From: Lama glama
Taxonomy: Eukaryota
Direction: 5' to 3'
NCBI GenBank assembly: GCA_028534125.1
Contig: CM052817.1
Span: 43,526,001 to 43,590,000, forward strand
Length of the DNA: 64,000 nt
The notes under the pieces are model-generated. The model was not told the origin of the DNA. It saw only the letters and a program-made list of their open reading frames with translations, and searched no databases. Shown here piece after piece: positions 51,446 through 64,000 of the stretch; the first letter of the stretch is position 1; each line of letters begins with the position of its first letter. A program made the translations under genes and the position numbers.

Positions 51446-52099
51446 ATGTCCCATTCCTCCTGCCCTCCCTTGCTCTCTCCCATTATGAGGACGCTCTCCA
51501 AGAAATATACCACCCACCAAGGAACATATTCTTAGTTGGCTCATTCATTAAATCATTCCCTCATACATGCCTTCATTGATGGATTTTCTCTCTAGAGTGA
51601 ATATATACTGAGCTCCTATGTTCAAATCATGGAAAGACAGGCAGGAAGAGGCATTGGTTGTGTTCTGACTGTGTTAAAAACACAGATAAGAATAGCTGTA
51701 TTAATCTATACTGAGTTAATTTAAACAGGAACATGAGCCAGATGTTTGAAAGAGAAGCATTCTGGGATGTATCCACACAGGTCTGGGGTCCCAATCATTT
51801 TATAAGGAAAATAATCTTTTGTTTCTCTTCAATTTGATTTTGCTGTGTGCATTCATTCATTCATGCATTCACTTGTTTGACAAATATCTACACTATGTCC
51901 CAAGCACTGTGCCAAGTGGTGGATGTACCAACTGCAAATTGCACAGCAGGTCAAAGAGAGAAACTGCCCAGGATTTGAAAGAAATGATGATATGGATCAT
52001 AGGTCTTGCAACAACCACAGGGAAGGACAGTACTCAACCAATGGGGGACACCAAAAATACAAGGAAGCAACAAATTCCATAATTGAAGAGAATTTTTCA

Positions 52100-52590
52100 T
52101 CTAAAAGAACACTTTACACACACTCATATTTGTAGCGGCACTATTCACAATAGATCCAACATAGAAGCAACCCAAGTGTCCATCACGGATTAATGGATAA
52201 ACAAAATGTGGTGTACACATACAATGGAATATCATTCAGCCTTAAAAAGGGAACACAATTCTGACACATGCTACAACATGGATGAACCTGAAGACACTAT
52301 GCTGTCAGTCACAAATGACAAATATTTTGTAATTTCATTTATATGAGGTACCTAGAGTCGTCAAATTCATAGAGGAAGAAAGTTGGATGGTGGTTGCCAG
52401 GACTGGGGTGGGGGGTGATGAGGAACGGGGAACTATTGTTTAATTGATACAGGGTGTCAGTTTTGCAAAGAGTTTTGTAAATTGGTTGCACAACAAGGTG
52501 AATATATTTAATGCTACTCAGCGGTACACTTAAAAATAATTAAGATGGTAAATTTAATGCTATGTGTATTTCATCACAGTTAAAAAAACA
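52100..52590 (+). mobile_element. L1MB-type 3' end
   Basis: aagcaacccaagtgtccatc...atggataaacaaaatgtggtg...tacacttaaaaataattaagatggtaaattt. Confidence 0.85.
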
Positions 52591-54267
52591 GATTTTCTAG
52601 ACCAGGGTGAAATTAAACAGTATGGCTGAGATAGCGATCGGGTGTGCTCCAAACTTCAGTTCTTTCTTCACCTACTTTGTTGTCCAACATTCAGAAAGAC
52701 AGGTTTACAAACTGGCTAGTGACTTACTGCTTTAGAGAAAGAGGGGTGGGCAGGAAAACTCTGGCATGGTCATTGATCTCAGGGAACACAGACTCTGAAC
52801 TTAGATCATAACAGCTGAGAGGACAGCCTTTGCACAAAGATGGCTGTCTCTTTGTGCCCTAATTCTGTGACCAGGGCCCCTCAGCTAGTTCATTCAAGGC
52901 TGTCAAGATGTGACTGGCTAGTGATGCTGTGTGAGGGCAAATAAATTAAAACAAATGGCAAGCAAAAGCCAGGTAAGGGCTCCACAACCCACTTGCACAC
53001 AGCACGTACTGTTTCTCTTGGTTATGGATGAGTAAATTAATTGGTCTTGGCACAAGCAGATTATTGGCTTGAGGAAAATTTCTGCTGTAAAATCAAAAAC
53101 ACTTTTTTCACAGGCAGCCCTCAAGGAAGCCTGAGAGGTATCCATGAAGGTACTGCTTTTATCAAGCTGTCTGTGGGATGTTCAGACACAATGAAGGATT
53201 TGCTTTCAAATTCTCCAGCAAGAAAGTAAACAATGGAGAAAGCAGATTAAACAAGGCTGGCAAAATATTAATAATTCTTGAAGCTAGATGAAGGTTACAC
53301 GGGGTTCGTTATATTATTCTATTTTTGTGTTTACTTGAAAATTTCTGTAATAAAAATTTATCCCTTAAATGTGCATGTGGCAGAGCAATTTATGACAGGC
53401 TTATAGATGACTTCAAGATAGATACAGAATTTACATTATTCCTAACCCATCGAGCTACTATAAAATTAAGCAGGAAAATTTATTACTGATAGAATGTTAT
53501 GGTGCCTTTGCCCATATGAGTCACAGAACACAGCGCACAGATTGAGAAAGGGAGCAACAAATAAGAAAGAAGCCTTTGTCCTTTTAACCTCTGCCTTCTT
53601 CAGCTACATTAACCCAGACTACTGGGGGACCCATGGCAGCGAAGTCGGCTATCCTCCACCAACATCCTCAGAGGCAACTACTTTCCTGAAGATGTAGAGA
53701 TCTCAGTGTCTCATGTTCCAGCTCCATTCTAAATCCAGTGGCGACCATAAATAATGAACCCCACACTTATTAAGGCTGTCTGTGCACATCTGGTTCCCAA
53801 GAATTACATGCATGAGTGTTTCTAACTTGAAAAAGTACCTCACTCCCTGGTTAACTTTTGACCTTGGGAGGTCACAGAGATGATGACTAATGAAAATTGA
53901 ACAAAAGTAGTAGAAGAAAATTTTCCCCTGGCCAAGAACAATGCTCAGTAAGTGTTTGTTGAATCAACAAATTATATAAAATATTATTTAAAGCCATTTT
54001 GGACAATTGTCTACTGACTTCTTCTCTCTATGGTCCTCATATTTGTTAAAGGAAACAGTTAAAAATGTACCCTTTAAAAGTTTATGTTCTTCCAGCAATG
54101 AATTACATCTGTTACACACTTTGATAATATTTATCCTGGTTATACCACTCTATGTGTTTACTCCAGAAAACTGGGGAAATAAGACATGAATAAAAGAGAC
54201 ACACAATAACCACTTTCATTATTTTGGTCTCCTTTACTGGTAGGAGACAGACAAAAGAAATAATGCT

Positions 54268-54585
54268 CCAAAGGGAGATGTTGGTCAAAGGATATAAACT
54301 TTCAGTTACAAGATGAGTAAGTTCTCAGGATCTAATGCACAGCATGGTGACTACAGTTATCAGTGCTGTACTGCACACTAGGAATTTGCTAAGACAGAAG
54401 ATCCTAACTAAGCATTCTCACCACACAGACGCACACACACACACTGGTAACTATGTGAAGTGATGAATGTGTTAATTAACTTGATTGTAGTAATCATTTC
54501 ATAGTATATACATATATCAAATCATCCCACTTTACACTTTAAATACATACAATTTTATTTGTCAGTTGCTCCTTGATAAAGTTGA
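54268..54585 (+). mobile_element. L1MA-type 3' end
   Basis: gatgttggtcaaaggatataaactttcagttacaagatgagtaagttc...catatatcaaatcatc...tacaattttatttgtc. Confidence 0.8.
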
Positions 54586-54619
54586 GGCAGGGTGGGGGGA
54601 AGGTCCCAGGCTGTTTTGC

Positions 54620-55345
54620 AGCTGGGTGTGTTCACTTGACTATGCTTAAGCCAATGGCAAGTCATGGAATTATATGTATAACATAAAGGTCATGCCCAAA
54701 TGGAAAGCACTCAGAGAGAAGACAGAAAGAAGAGAGAAACATGTCCCATTCTGTCCTTTCCCTTGGAATACAGATGTGCAGGTAACCTTTGTGACCATAC
54801 AACACTTGGGAGACAATAGATCAACACACTTGAAGGGGGCTGGGTCCCCAAAACTGTGGAGCCACACTCAAGTCCTGGTAGGTCACTTAGATATCCCCCT
54901 TCAGAATGGAGGCCCTCATTGCCCCAGATGTTGGAAATGTTGGCTGAAAACTGCCCTTGGCTGGACGGAGCTGCCTCCCCTAATATCACACCCCACCTTA
55001 AGGGTAGCCTGTATCCAGTGACTGGTAGTAAGACATAGGAAGTAAGGAGGTGCAACTCCAGCCTCCTTGCCTAGATGTATGACCAAGTCAGTCTGAAGAG
55101 CCACTCCAGCTCCAAGGCTCCCCATGGGATCAGCAAAGGTCCCTGCTGGTGAGTGTGTCCCAGTGCAACTTCTCCCTCTGCTCAATTCTGCTTCCATCAC
55201 ACAGGTGTCTTCCCCAAGAGCACTCCCCTACAAAACACCTGCACACCAGTTTCTATGCCAGAATCTATTTCACAAGGAACCCAACTTTAGTCAATAAGCC
55301 ACTGTCATTTGCTCTGTCGGTGCAAGTAGTATCTGCATTTCAGCT
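54620..55345 (+). mobile_element. Old MLT1-like LTR interrupted by an LTR16-like ERVL LTR (~54900-55293)
   Basis: LTR16-type 3' end gagcactcccctacaaaacacctgcac...ggaacccaact. MLT1-like sequence on both sides, with aagccactg resuming at ~55296. Boundaries approximate. Confidence 0.55.
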
Positions 55346-55929
55346 CACGCAAGTACCTATTATGTGTTGAGCTCAGAGCTCAAAATCCTAAGTTAAGATA
55401 TCACACCTTTGAGCTCAGGAGCATGTAAAATGTTGTGCTGTGAACAGCATGCAAATAAGGAATAAATAAATATGGGTACAGAGAGTTGACTATCCCTGGT
55501 CTTATAAATACCACCAGGCTCACCCCACATCACTTTCAAGAAGAAAAAAGACAGACCTTTTCCCAAATCTCAACATCCTTGCACTCTCCTTCCCTAGTTT
55601 CCTCAGGACAGACCTCTAATTCCCTTCTTCAGATAATCTGTTCAGACTTCCTTCCTTGATTCACCAGTCTCACCCTTTCTCAAGGTCCTTTGACTTGATT
55701 TCTCTCTTGGTTTGGGGAGACAGCCCACATGCAGAGCCCACAGTTCCAGGTTAGGGGCACAACCTCAGGCCCAAAGGAAAGGAAGACAAAAGCACAAAGG
55801 CACCGATTGTGAGAGAAATGTTTTTCACAGAGAAGGTAACATTTTAGTCAAGACTTGAAGGATGGATACGACGAATTAGAGAAAGGGACAATTTTCAAAC
55901 TTTACATAATTTTTTAAAGTATGACTTAG

Positions 55930-56420
55930 CCAATACTCATTGCAGAATTATCTACAATAGGCAAAATGTGGAACAGTCCAAGTGTCCATCAGAAGATGAA
56001 TGGATAAACAAAATGTGATATATCCACACAATGGAATACTATTTAGCCATAAAAAGGAATGATTCTGATGCATGCTACAACATGAATGAACTCTGAAGAC
56101 ATTACGCTTAGTCAAATTAGCCAGACACAGAAGGATAAACATTGTGTGACTCCACTTACTGGAAATATCTAGAAGAGGCAAAGTCATATAGACAGTAGAT
56201 TAGAGGTTACTACAGACTGGATAGAGTGGGAAGTGAATGCTTAATGCTTACAGAAGTTCTGTCTGGGGTGATGAAAAGTTTTGAGAATAAATAATGGTCA
56301 TAGGTGTATATTGTGAATATAATTAATGCTGCTGAATTATACAACTTATAATGGTTAAACTGACAAATTTCATGTGATATTTATTTTACCACAATAAAAA
56401 ATAATTTCAAAAAAAAAAAA
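55930..56420 (+). mobile_element. L1MB-type 3' end with A tail
   Basis: aagtgtccatcagaagatgaatggataaacaaaatgtg...tattttaccacaataaaaa followed by poly(A). Confidence 0.85.
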
Positions 56421-59400
56421 ACGCTAATGTCATAGCTTTAGTTCAGTCCAAGTCCAAGAAACAATTTGATGGAGCAAAACAACTGTGTGAGCCTCTGGAC
56501 CGTGGTGCTGAGTGTCTAAGAGAAGGGCACCTGGAAGGAAGCATCAAGAAGGGAAAGGGGCTTCAGCTAACATGTGCCACCATGTGACTTCCCTGCACCT
56601 TCTCCACAGCCCCTGTGTGACCCTCACAAGCACGTAAGTTTGAATTTCAGTCACAGGCCACAGTGTCAGAATCCGCCTCCTTCCTCACTGGTTTTTCAAT
56701 GATAGTATTTACACTTCTGCAAGTGCCTTTTTCTCTTTTCTAATTATTGAAGGATGGTTCTCATACAGTAAGGTGTGCTGACCTTCAGTGTTCGGCTCCA
56801 TGATACTTCCACACCTCAGACCGCCAGGTAACCACCACGCAGGTCTAGAGAGAGAATCTTCCAGCACCCCCAGGAGTTTCCTTCCCATCGCCTTCCAGTC
56901 TGTAACCCACCCCCTCCTGAAATAACTTGTACTCCAACTTCTTTAAATATTAATTAGTTGTGTCAGGCAATTCCTTTCAAGATGAAACGTCTCACTGCAA
57001 CAAGCCCCTAACTGTCCACAGCTGCCCTCCTTGCCGACAAGCCCCATCTTGCTCTGCAGAGAGGCCGTAATGCCCACCACATACACGTGTCAGGATGAGG
57101 ATGCTTCCATCTCAGTGCAGCGTGTACACTGGAAGCCACGGTCCTCAGAGGGTGTGGCCATGGGATGAGCACAGGCTCCCCACACAGCATGCTCAGGACA
57201 AAAGCCGTTTATTGCTTTTCCTGAGGCTCTGCCACCTAACAGACCCTGTGATTCTGTAACCTAACCACCACTGATTTCTGCCAAGAGTCCCAACTCAGAA
57301 GAGGCCCTGCCCTGCCATGATTATGTGGATGTAGGTAATCCACTTCCCTCCTCTCTTTCTCAGATGCTGCCACACCAGGCAAACTTACTTCTCCTAACTT
57401 CAGCCTCCTTCTCATAGGTAAGGACAGGACAACAGTACATGAACCAAACCTATGACCCAGTTTCCTAGGACACGTCAGAGTTCCTGACACAGGCAGAGCC
57501 TGGGGCAGAGGAAGGCAAAGCCAAATGCTGACAAACTCTATGGGAGTCAGGAAAGCCCCCGAAAGATCGCAAATCGGAGAAATCCCTTCTAAGACAAGCA
57601 CCTCCTTACTGTGTGCCGGGCACTGCGTTTGTTGCTGAGGCTCTGAAGTGACCTGGACCCAGACCTGCAGGAGCTCAGCGGGAGAATAAACAGTAAATTT
57701 AAACACAAAACTTATTACAGTGGATAATTCACATAAAGGTGACAAGTGCTATGACGAAAGTATGTGTGGCTTAGAGTGGGAACCAAAGACCAGGTCCCTG
57801 AGCCTAGCTTGAGGGAGCAGAGGCTTCTGGGAGGTGGTGATGCCCGGATTGAGTCTTAGAGGCAGTTGCAGGGGGGCAGGGGTGGGGAGCTGGGGGGAAG
57901 GAAGGAGGCAGAGAGGCAGTTCCAGGAAGAGGGAAGTGTGGGAGCACGGAGAGAGAGGCGGGAGGCGGCAGGGGGGCGGTATGTGCTACCCTCACATGAA
58001 GGACTGGCAGGAGACAAGGTGGGTGAGCTCAGCAGAGGCCAGGTCAAGAGCGTAAAGAACGTAAGTGACTCTGTTACGTGAACCCCAAACAGGACACCGT
58101 CAGAGACCACCAGGAACTGTGGCACAGGGAGCTAAAGGGTGCAGAGTCGTGAGCTGTTCCAGAAAACGCAGGCCTTTGGTCAGCTCGGTTGGGAGGCAGG
58201 CCAGCAGTAAAAACATAAGTGAAATTAGCTTCCTTGACGACTTGCCCAAATACTCCTTTTAATTAAGGGCAGTTATTTTCAAAGGTCCATTTCAATGAGT
58301 CCTGCTGCTCTGATCCTCGCAGCAACGAAGTAAGTATCCAGGGAGATGCTAACGGTTTAAGGTGCTGTCTTCAGACCCACAGAAATGCACAAACCTCAGG
58401 GAAACGTACCCCAGAAGCTGACCATGGATCTGAACCTCTATCAAGTCTTCTCCAACCCTTCACCCCTAATTCCACCCTTCACCCCCAGGCCACATTAAAT
58501 ATCCTCAACTCCCATTGCGTTCACTTCTGCTCCTGGTTTGAGCTCTTGGTTTACCTGCCTCTCTCTCCTCTTAGAACCACTAGACTCTCCAGAAAATACT
58601 CTTTTGAGACATTTCCTATGACATAGCCTCCATCAAGGTAAGGACCTGGTTACAGGGACTCAGAGCCTCCAGTGTCTGTCCTGGGCACTTAGCACACACT
58701 CGTTAAATAACTGTTGACTGAATTAATTTGCTGAGCACATACTGCGGGTCAGCCCAGGGTGGTGATTTATCTCCTCCCTGATGGCTCAGTCTCACCCCAA
58801 AACTGAATCTCACACTTTACCCTGGACACTGTCTCTTAAACCAGTCAAGACATTGGGTGCTTCCCAACCCAACCCAGACTGGCTTGTCACAGAGTGGCTG
58901 GTATCATAAAAAGAGAATGAAAACAAAGACCCCAAGAGGTGGTTTTCTAGGAGTTTCCTAGCAGCTAGGTATTTTGAAAAAGGAAAAAGAGGAGCCTATG
59001 AGAGCATGACAGGGAAAGCTAACGTAGTCTACGTGAAAAGGATCTGTTCTTGTGTCTCTCTCCCCATTATCATCCACTAGAAGGTGGGATCTATGTCCAG
59101 AGCATCTTTATATGTCCAGTTCCTGGCGCAGTGAGAAGCTCACAGTGGATGGTCAGTGCTTGCTGGATTTAACAGAGTCTATCATTAGAGGGATATGTCT
59201 GTGAATTGAATTGGAACACTTGAGTCAGTCAATTGGGAAGATATTTGAAGTAATTAATCAGTAAGGGAGACATAGAGATAAAGCCTTAAATGTTTCTTTC
59301 TTCTCCAGACAAGTAACCCTCCTTGTGTGATGATACATTCCTTTGTGCATATAAAATCCACGAGATTAAAGCTTATCTTAATTTCTTGGGAAACTCCCAA

Positions 59401-59899
59401 AGTCTTTTAGCTGAAGACAGTTAAACATTCTTGACTTATTTGCAAGACATTTTCAAAAGCATATCTATCTCCTCTTCGAATGCATTTTTTTTTCCTGCAG
59501 AGGGATGATTTCATCTATTTGATGTTGGATCTTACTAGCTGCTATTTCAGAAGGTGACATCTCCTGTTTGGGACATTTATCCCCAGTCTGTATATGGTAC
59601 AGAGCAAAGAACAGTGGACCACCCCTAGGTAGTACGTAGTGGACTTTAGGCAACACACTTATCCTCTCTGGCCCCATTTTCACCATGTTTGAATAAAAAA
59701 ACCTATTAGACTACATGATTTCTCCAGTGGCTTCTGGTTCTGACACTGCTTTCGGAGATAGTTTCCTACTAAGGTGGAAATTACTGATGACAGATAGTTG
59801 CTCAAACCACAGGGACTGGGGAAAGAGGCATGGTGATGTGAGGACTAACACATAGGGGAAAAAAGAGAAGCCACTCATGGGCAAGAGTGGGAGAGATTT

Positions 59900-60357
59900 A
59901 GGAAAAGGAGGCCAGAAAACTGTCCTGGCAGAAAACTGGTGGCTGGTCCAACAGGGGCAGGAAGGAAAGGGTAAGACAAAGAGCACTGACAATGGGGTAG
60001 GCAAAGTATAAGGAACCCCAGGCAACAGCAGGGAGCCAGGGAGCCATTACCAACACTAGGCCTGAAGGGACATAGGAGAGAACCCAGAAGAGCCATGGCC
60101 TTTGAAAACAGAGGAACTCAACTAACCACAAGCAACTCATGGGGCAGGAGGAGGGGAGCTGGCAGGGATGGGGTGGAGGGGGTGAGTACCCCTACCTCAC
60201 TCTCCTACAGCCCTCCCATCTCCTGCCAGGGTCTCCCAGTGCTTACACCCAACTGGGAGGCAGAGGAGAAAGAGCCAATCACTGCATGCAGCCTCCAGGA
60301 TCGCAGAACAGAGAGACCTGTAGGTGTGGGATGGGTAAACAAAAAATATCCAACCAA
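59900..60357 (-). mobile_element. LTR33-like ERVL LTR fragment
   Basis: cctcactctcctacagccctcccatctcctgccagggtctccc...cccaactgggaggcagagg...aaaatatccaacc matches recalled LTR33 motifs. Left boundary uncertain. Confidence 0.55.
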
Positions 60358-62633
60358 GATACTTTGTCTGCTATGCAGTTTGGTCTCTGTGGCTCTGTTC
60401 TTGAAATAAGGCAGGGGTGATGTACCATGACCACCAGGAGACCACAGCCAGCCTTCTGCAGAACTGATCATGTGATGAGGTAGGGAAAAAGCAAGCTGGG
60501 TCAAGGTGAGGCCGGCTGGAGCAAGGATGGACTCGTTCCTGCAGTTCCAGAGGGAGAATGAACAGCGAGGACGAACTAGGAACTCATAGAAGGCTGAGGG
60601 CAGTTCCAAAGCATTGCCTGAAAACCAAAATCCGGAGACACAAGCCATGAACTACCTGGGAAGTTGGGTACAGCATAGGGGAAATTCCAGTGAGTGGGTT
60701 ACTGCTTATTTCAACAGGCTTTCGTGGGCCCGACAGCCACAAGCACAGCAGCTCCCTCCCATGAAGGAGTTCTGACATCACCACAAGATGTCTTCCTAGG
60801 AGCCCAAGAAGCTTCTTCCTTAGATACTCAGCCACCCCGGGGGGTGTAAATGTTGAGGTGAGTGGAGCTCCATATGCCTGAGGTGCAGCGGGGACAACTG
60901 TAAGACATCAAAGTCTCATTCATGAGTGATTATGTTCGAATGTGAAGTATCCCAGGCTAGGCTGAGGATAAACAAAAGTGCAAGGAAATGTTTTAACTAC
61001 TGAAGAGATCAAAGCCTAGGCAGTGCTTCAGGGGCAATGACGTACACGTGAAGTACAGGTATTCAAACTACAACTCATTTTCCTTTGCTCAGTAGGACCT
61101 AAGTGAGGCAATGCTTTTCCTTAAGAAGCTGGTTCTACATGGTATGAACCTGGGGAAAATTATGGAAGAGTATCTATGCTTTTAGCCTTGTTTACCTTGA
61201 AGACTTCCTACAATGGGCATATTGTTACTTCCATAATAAATTATAAATGTAGAAAAGTTTAAAATAAATAAATCAGCAATGAATTTTTTTTAAAAAGACA
61301 GTCACACAAATAAAAAATTTCATCGATGAAGGCATCTCTCTCTAAAAGCCCAAACTGGGAAGGTTTGCCACCGTGTTTGCACCATGCACTTCCATGCCCT
61401 GCACAGGCCCTTGATTGTGGAGGAAAAAGCACTGGTTTTGAAGGAATTACAACTGCCTGGTCCCTCAGTCTGGAGTCTTGAGACCTGAATTCTTTCCAGA
61501 TTGCTCACTGTAACTTTGCTAATCACTTTTAGCTCACTGAATTACAACTTCTTGAGAAGTAAAATCATATAACAATATATGCCTCATAGGGTGTTGCCAG
61601 GATTACAGAAGCTACCAGAAGCAAGTGTGTAACATTACTACAGCTCCCTCCTCCCCTTTGAAAACATAGGGAAATTTAGGTTCATATTTCTATATTATTT
61701 TTTAATATATGTAGATGTATCTCCCACCTAAATTAAAAAAAAAATACACTTTAAAAGCTTCCCTACACCCATAGCCCTAAACTCCTCATGACCTTTACTT
61801 TGCTGGGACAGCAGTCTAAAAGGTAAACAAAGGTTATAATTGGGCTCAGATTTGGGAGTATTGTAATCATTTTGGCAAGTTTGATTTCTGCTGCATTCTT
61901 GTCCTCCCTGGATTAGTCTCCAAACGAACAGAACAAAAGAAAAAGAAAAAGTTTTAATTGAGGTGATTTATGGCATTCCATTTCCTTTCCAGATTTTGCA
62001 TTCGTTGAGCAAGGATTGGGTTTCAAGGCTTAAAGGTTGAGTTCAGAGAAAATTCCTTTCATTTTTTACTGAAAGCTTAAAACCTCAGAGTATACATTGC
62101 AGGTCTGTAGTGGTATCTATGCCTTTAGAATAATTTTTAAAAATAACTTTATTCCAACTGGCGCATGTTTCTTCACACTCCTTTCTTACCCTTAACAAAG
62201 TCAGAGCTGCTCCTGGGCTCATATTCTCAGCAGTGTCACTACCACGTATGGCAGCAACTGAGAGAGTTGAGCCATTTTCACACAGGGGACAGGAAGTTTT
62301 CAGGAGGCTAGAAGGAGGGACAGCGGGTCGCTTGTTTCATCCTTTCCCCCCACTAGACTGGATGTCAGGGGGCCTGGACTTTAGTCCCAATTAACTCATC
62401 TGTAAAAGAGTTAGACTAAATTTTCCCTGACTCCCTTAAATGTCACAATTTTATGCTTCCTCCCAGCCACTCCCTTAAAATGCTTAGATAAATTTGCTTC
62501 ATTACCCTGACAAAGGAAAGATGAAATGTGAGAGAACATTTACACGAGAGGTATATTCCCATGTTATGTGAACTTACTTTTCCGAAAGGAAATAATACAA
62601 TTAACTGTATCATAAAAACGCCCTTTCGGGTAG

Positions 62634-63119
62634 TATATTAGTTTCCTATGGCTGCTGTTAACTAGTTACCACCAATTTAGCGGCTTACAACACTATAAAT
62701 TTATTCTTTTGCAGGTCTGGAGGTCTGGAAGTCTGGCATGGGTTTCTCTGGGCTAAAGTCAAGGTGTCTGCAGGTCTGGTTCTTTCTTAAGGCTCAGAGG
62801 GGAGAACCTGTTCCTCTGTCTTTTTCAGCCACTGTGTTCCTTGGCTTACTGTCCCTTCTTCCATCTTCAAGGCACACCGCTCCAGCTGCCACTTCTGCCA
62901 TTACATCTCCTCTTCCGGGGTGGTTTCTCCCTCTGCCTCCCTCCTCTACGGACGCCTGTGGTTACATGATTGGGTCCATCTGGATAATCCACGCTACTCT
63001 ATCTCCCATCTCAAAATCTTTAATCACATCTGCAAAGTCCCTTTTGCCACCTAAGGTTATACAGCACAGTAGGGGACTAGAATCTGAACAACTCAGGGGC
63101 CATTACTCAGACTCTCACA
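62634..63119 (-). mobile_element. MLT1 (MaLR) solo LTR
   Basis: tatattagtttcctatggctgctg ... aatcacatctgcaaagtcccttttgcca ... ctctcaca. 5-bp TSD ggtag/ggcag (4/5). Confidence 0.85.
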
Positions 63120-64000
63120 GGCAGCATATTTGTGACGATCATTTTTAAAACATAAAGTTGAAATTTTACAGACAGTGGGTTGAAGGTCCAAGGGCCCCAC
63201 CTGCCCTTCTTCTTCTCCTTTCCTGGGCTTCCTCTCAAGCAGAGGAAGGGGCAGGGAACAGTCTGGGGAAACTGGAACCATCAAGTTCAATCGACGAGGT
63301 TGGGCTTCAGTAACTGTCTTAGCAGCCTGGGCTAGAACAATAGCAAAGTTACGAAAGCATACCTTTGTTCCCTGTACCCTCCCCTCTTGGAACTGCCACC
63401 TTCCTCCTGCTGCTTCTCTCCAGAGGAAAGGAAGTTTGAGCCAGAAGTTCTCCATGGTACCTGTGCCAGCTCTCTGCACTGTTTTAAAAGTTCTGTTTTC
63501 TACTCCAACCTGACAGTTCGGGAGCAACTAGGTTACATGTTGTTTAGAGTTGCTGATTCAAGGAATTCACATAGAGCTTTTCATCTTCATGGAGATGTTA
63601 TGCCATTCCAATCTGATTAGCTGGAAACTTTAAAGACCAACCTTTTAAGCGCTCTTTTTATTTCAGAGGCCCTAACTCCTTCCCATTCATAGAGTCAGCA
63701 GTGCTTCTGAGTATCTTCAGGGACTCCTATTCCCTCCCTCCCTCGATCCTCCACCCAAAAACTCCTCTGGAGCCTCGGGACGAAGCAAACTGCAAACCGT
63801 GCATCTGGAGGGCCTCCTATGCGGGGTCTTCTTAAAACGCATGCTTTACCAAAAACTGGCATCTGTCACTGACGCCCAAAAACAGAAATGATGAAAAATG
63901 TGGTGAAGAAGACACTGCTCGAAACATATCGAACTATGTTTAAAGGTGCTCCATAATTTGCTTTCGTTGTAGAGATGACTTTTATTCTTTTCACTTAGAA

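Larger units (their letters stand above)
30564..64000 (-). other. FRAS1: 3' part of the large FRAS1 intron 2
   Basis: Upstream of the exon 3 acceptor. No exon 2 peptide (recalled ACVYQDSLLA-like) found. Repeat-rich and non-coding, consistent with the very long intron 2 recalled for human FRAS1. Confidence 0.85.

Noticed and set aside
1..64000. Prokaryotic-type systems (CRISPR arrays, operons, rRNA)
   Set aside because: No regularly spaced repeats or dense coding. The sequence is mammalian intron/exon DNA throughout.

Overview
Mammalian genomic DNA, most likely a camelid: it carries a Vic-1-type tRNA-derived SINE and camelid/cetartiodactyl-type L1 tails. The whole window lies inside the FRAS1 gene on the minus strand. 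Six coding exons are readable with canonical AG/GT boundaries. By recalled similarity to human FRAS1 they are exons 3, 4, 12, 13, 14 and 15 (VWC repeats, then furin-like Cys-rich repeats). Exons 5-11 are not found. A 500-N gap (21731-22230) lies where they should be, and exons 4 and 12 would splice in frame into a well-formed VWC domain. Everything right of 30563 is the large intron 2. The introns contain ordinary L1, L2, MIR, MLT, ERV-LTR and hAT fossils. The most unusual element is a ~1.2 kb Mutator-like (MULE) DNA transposon fossil at 31329-32545, with ~95 bp terminal inverted repeats and a decayed FLYWCH + DDE transposase. A MER41-like solo LTR with a perfect 4-bp target-site duplication is also present. 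Exon numbers and repeat subfamily names come from recall and need database confirmation. Almost all ORFs in the supplied track are spurious.
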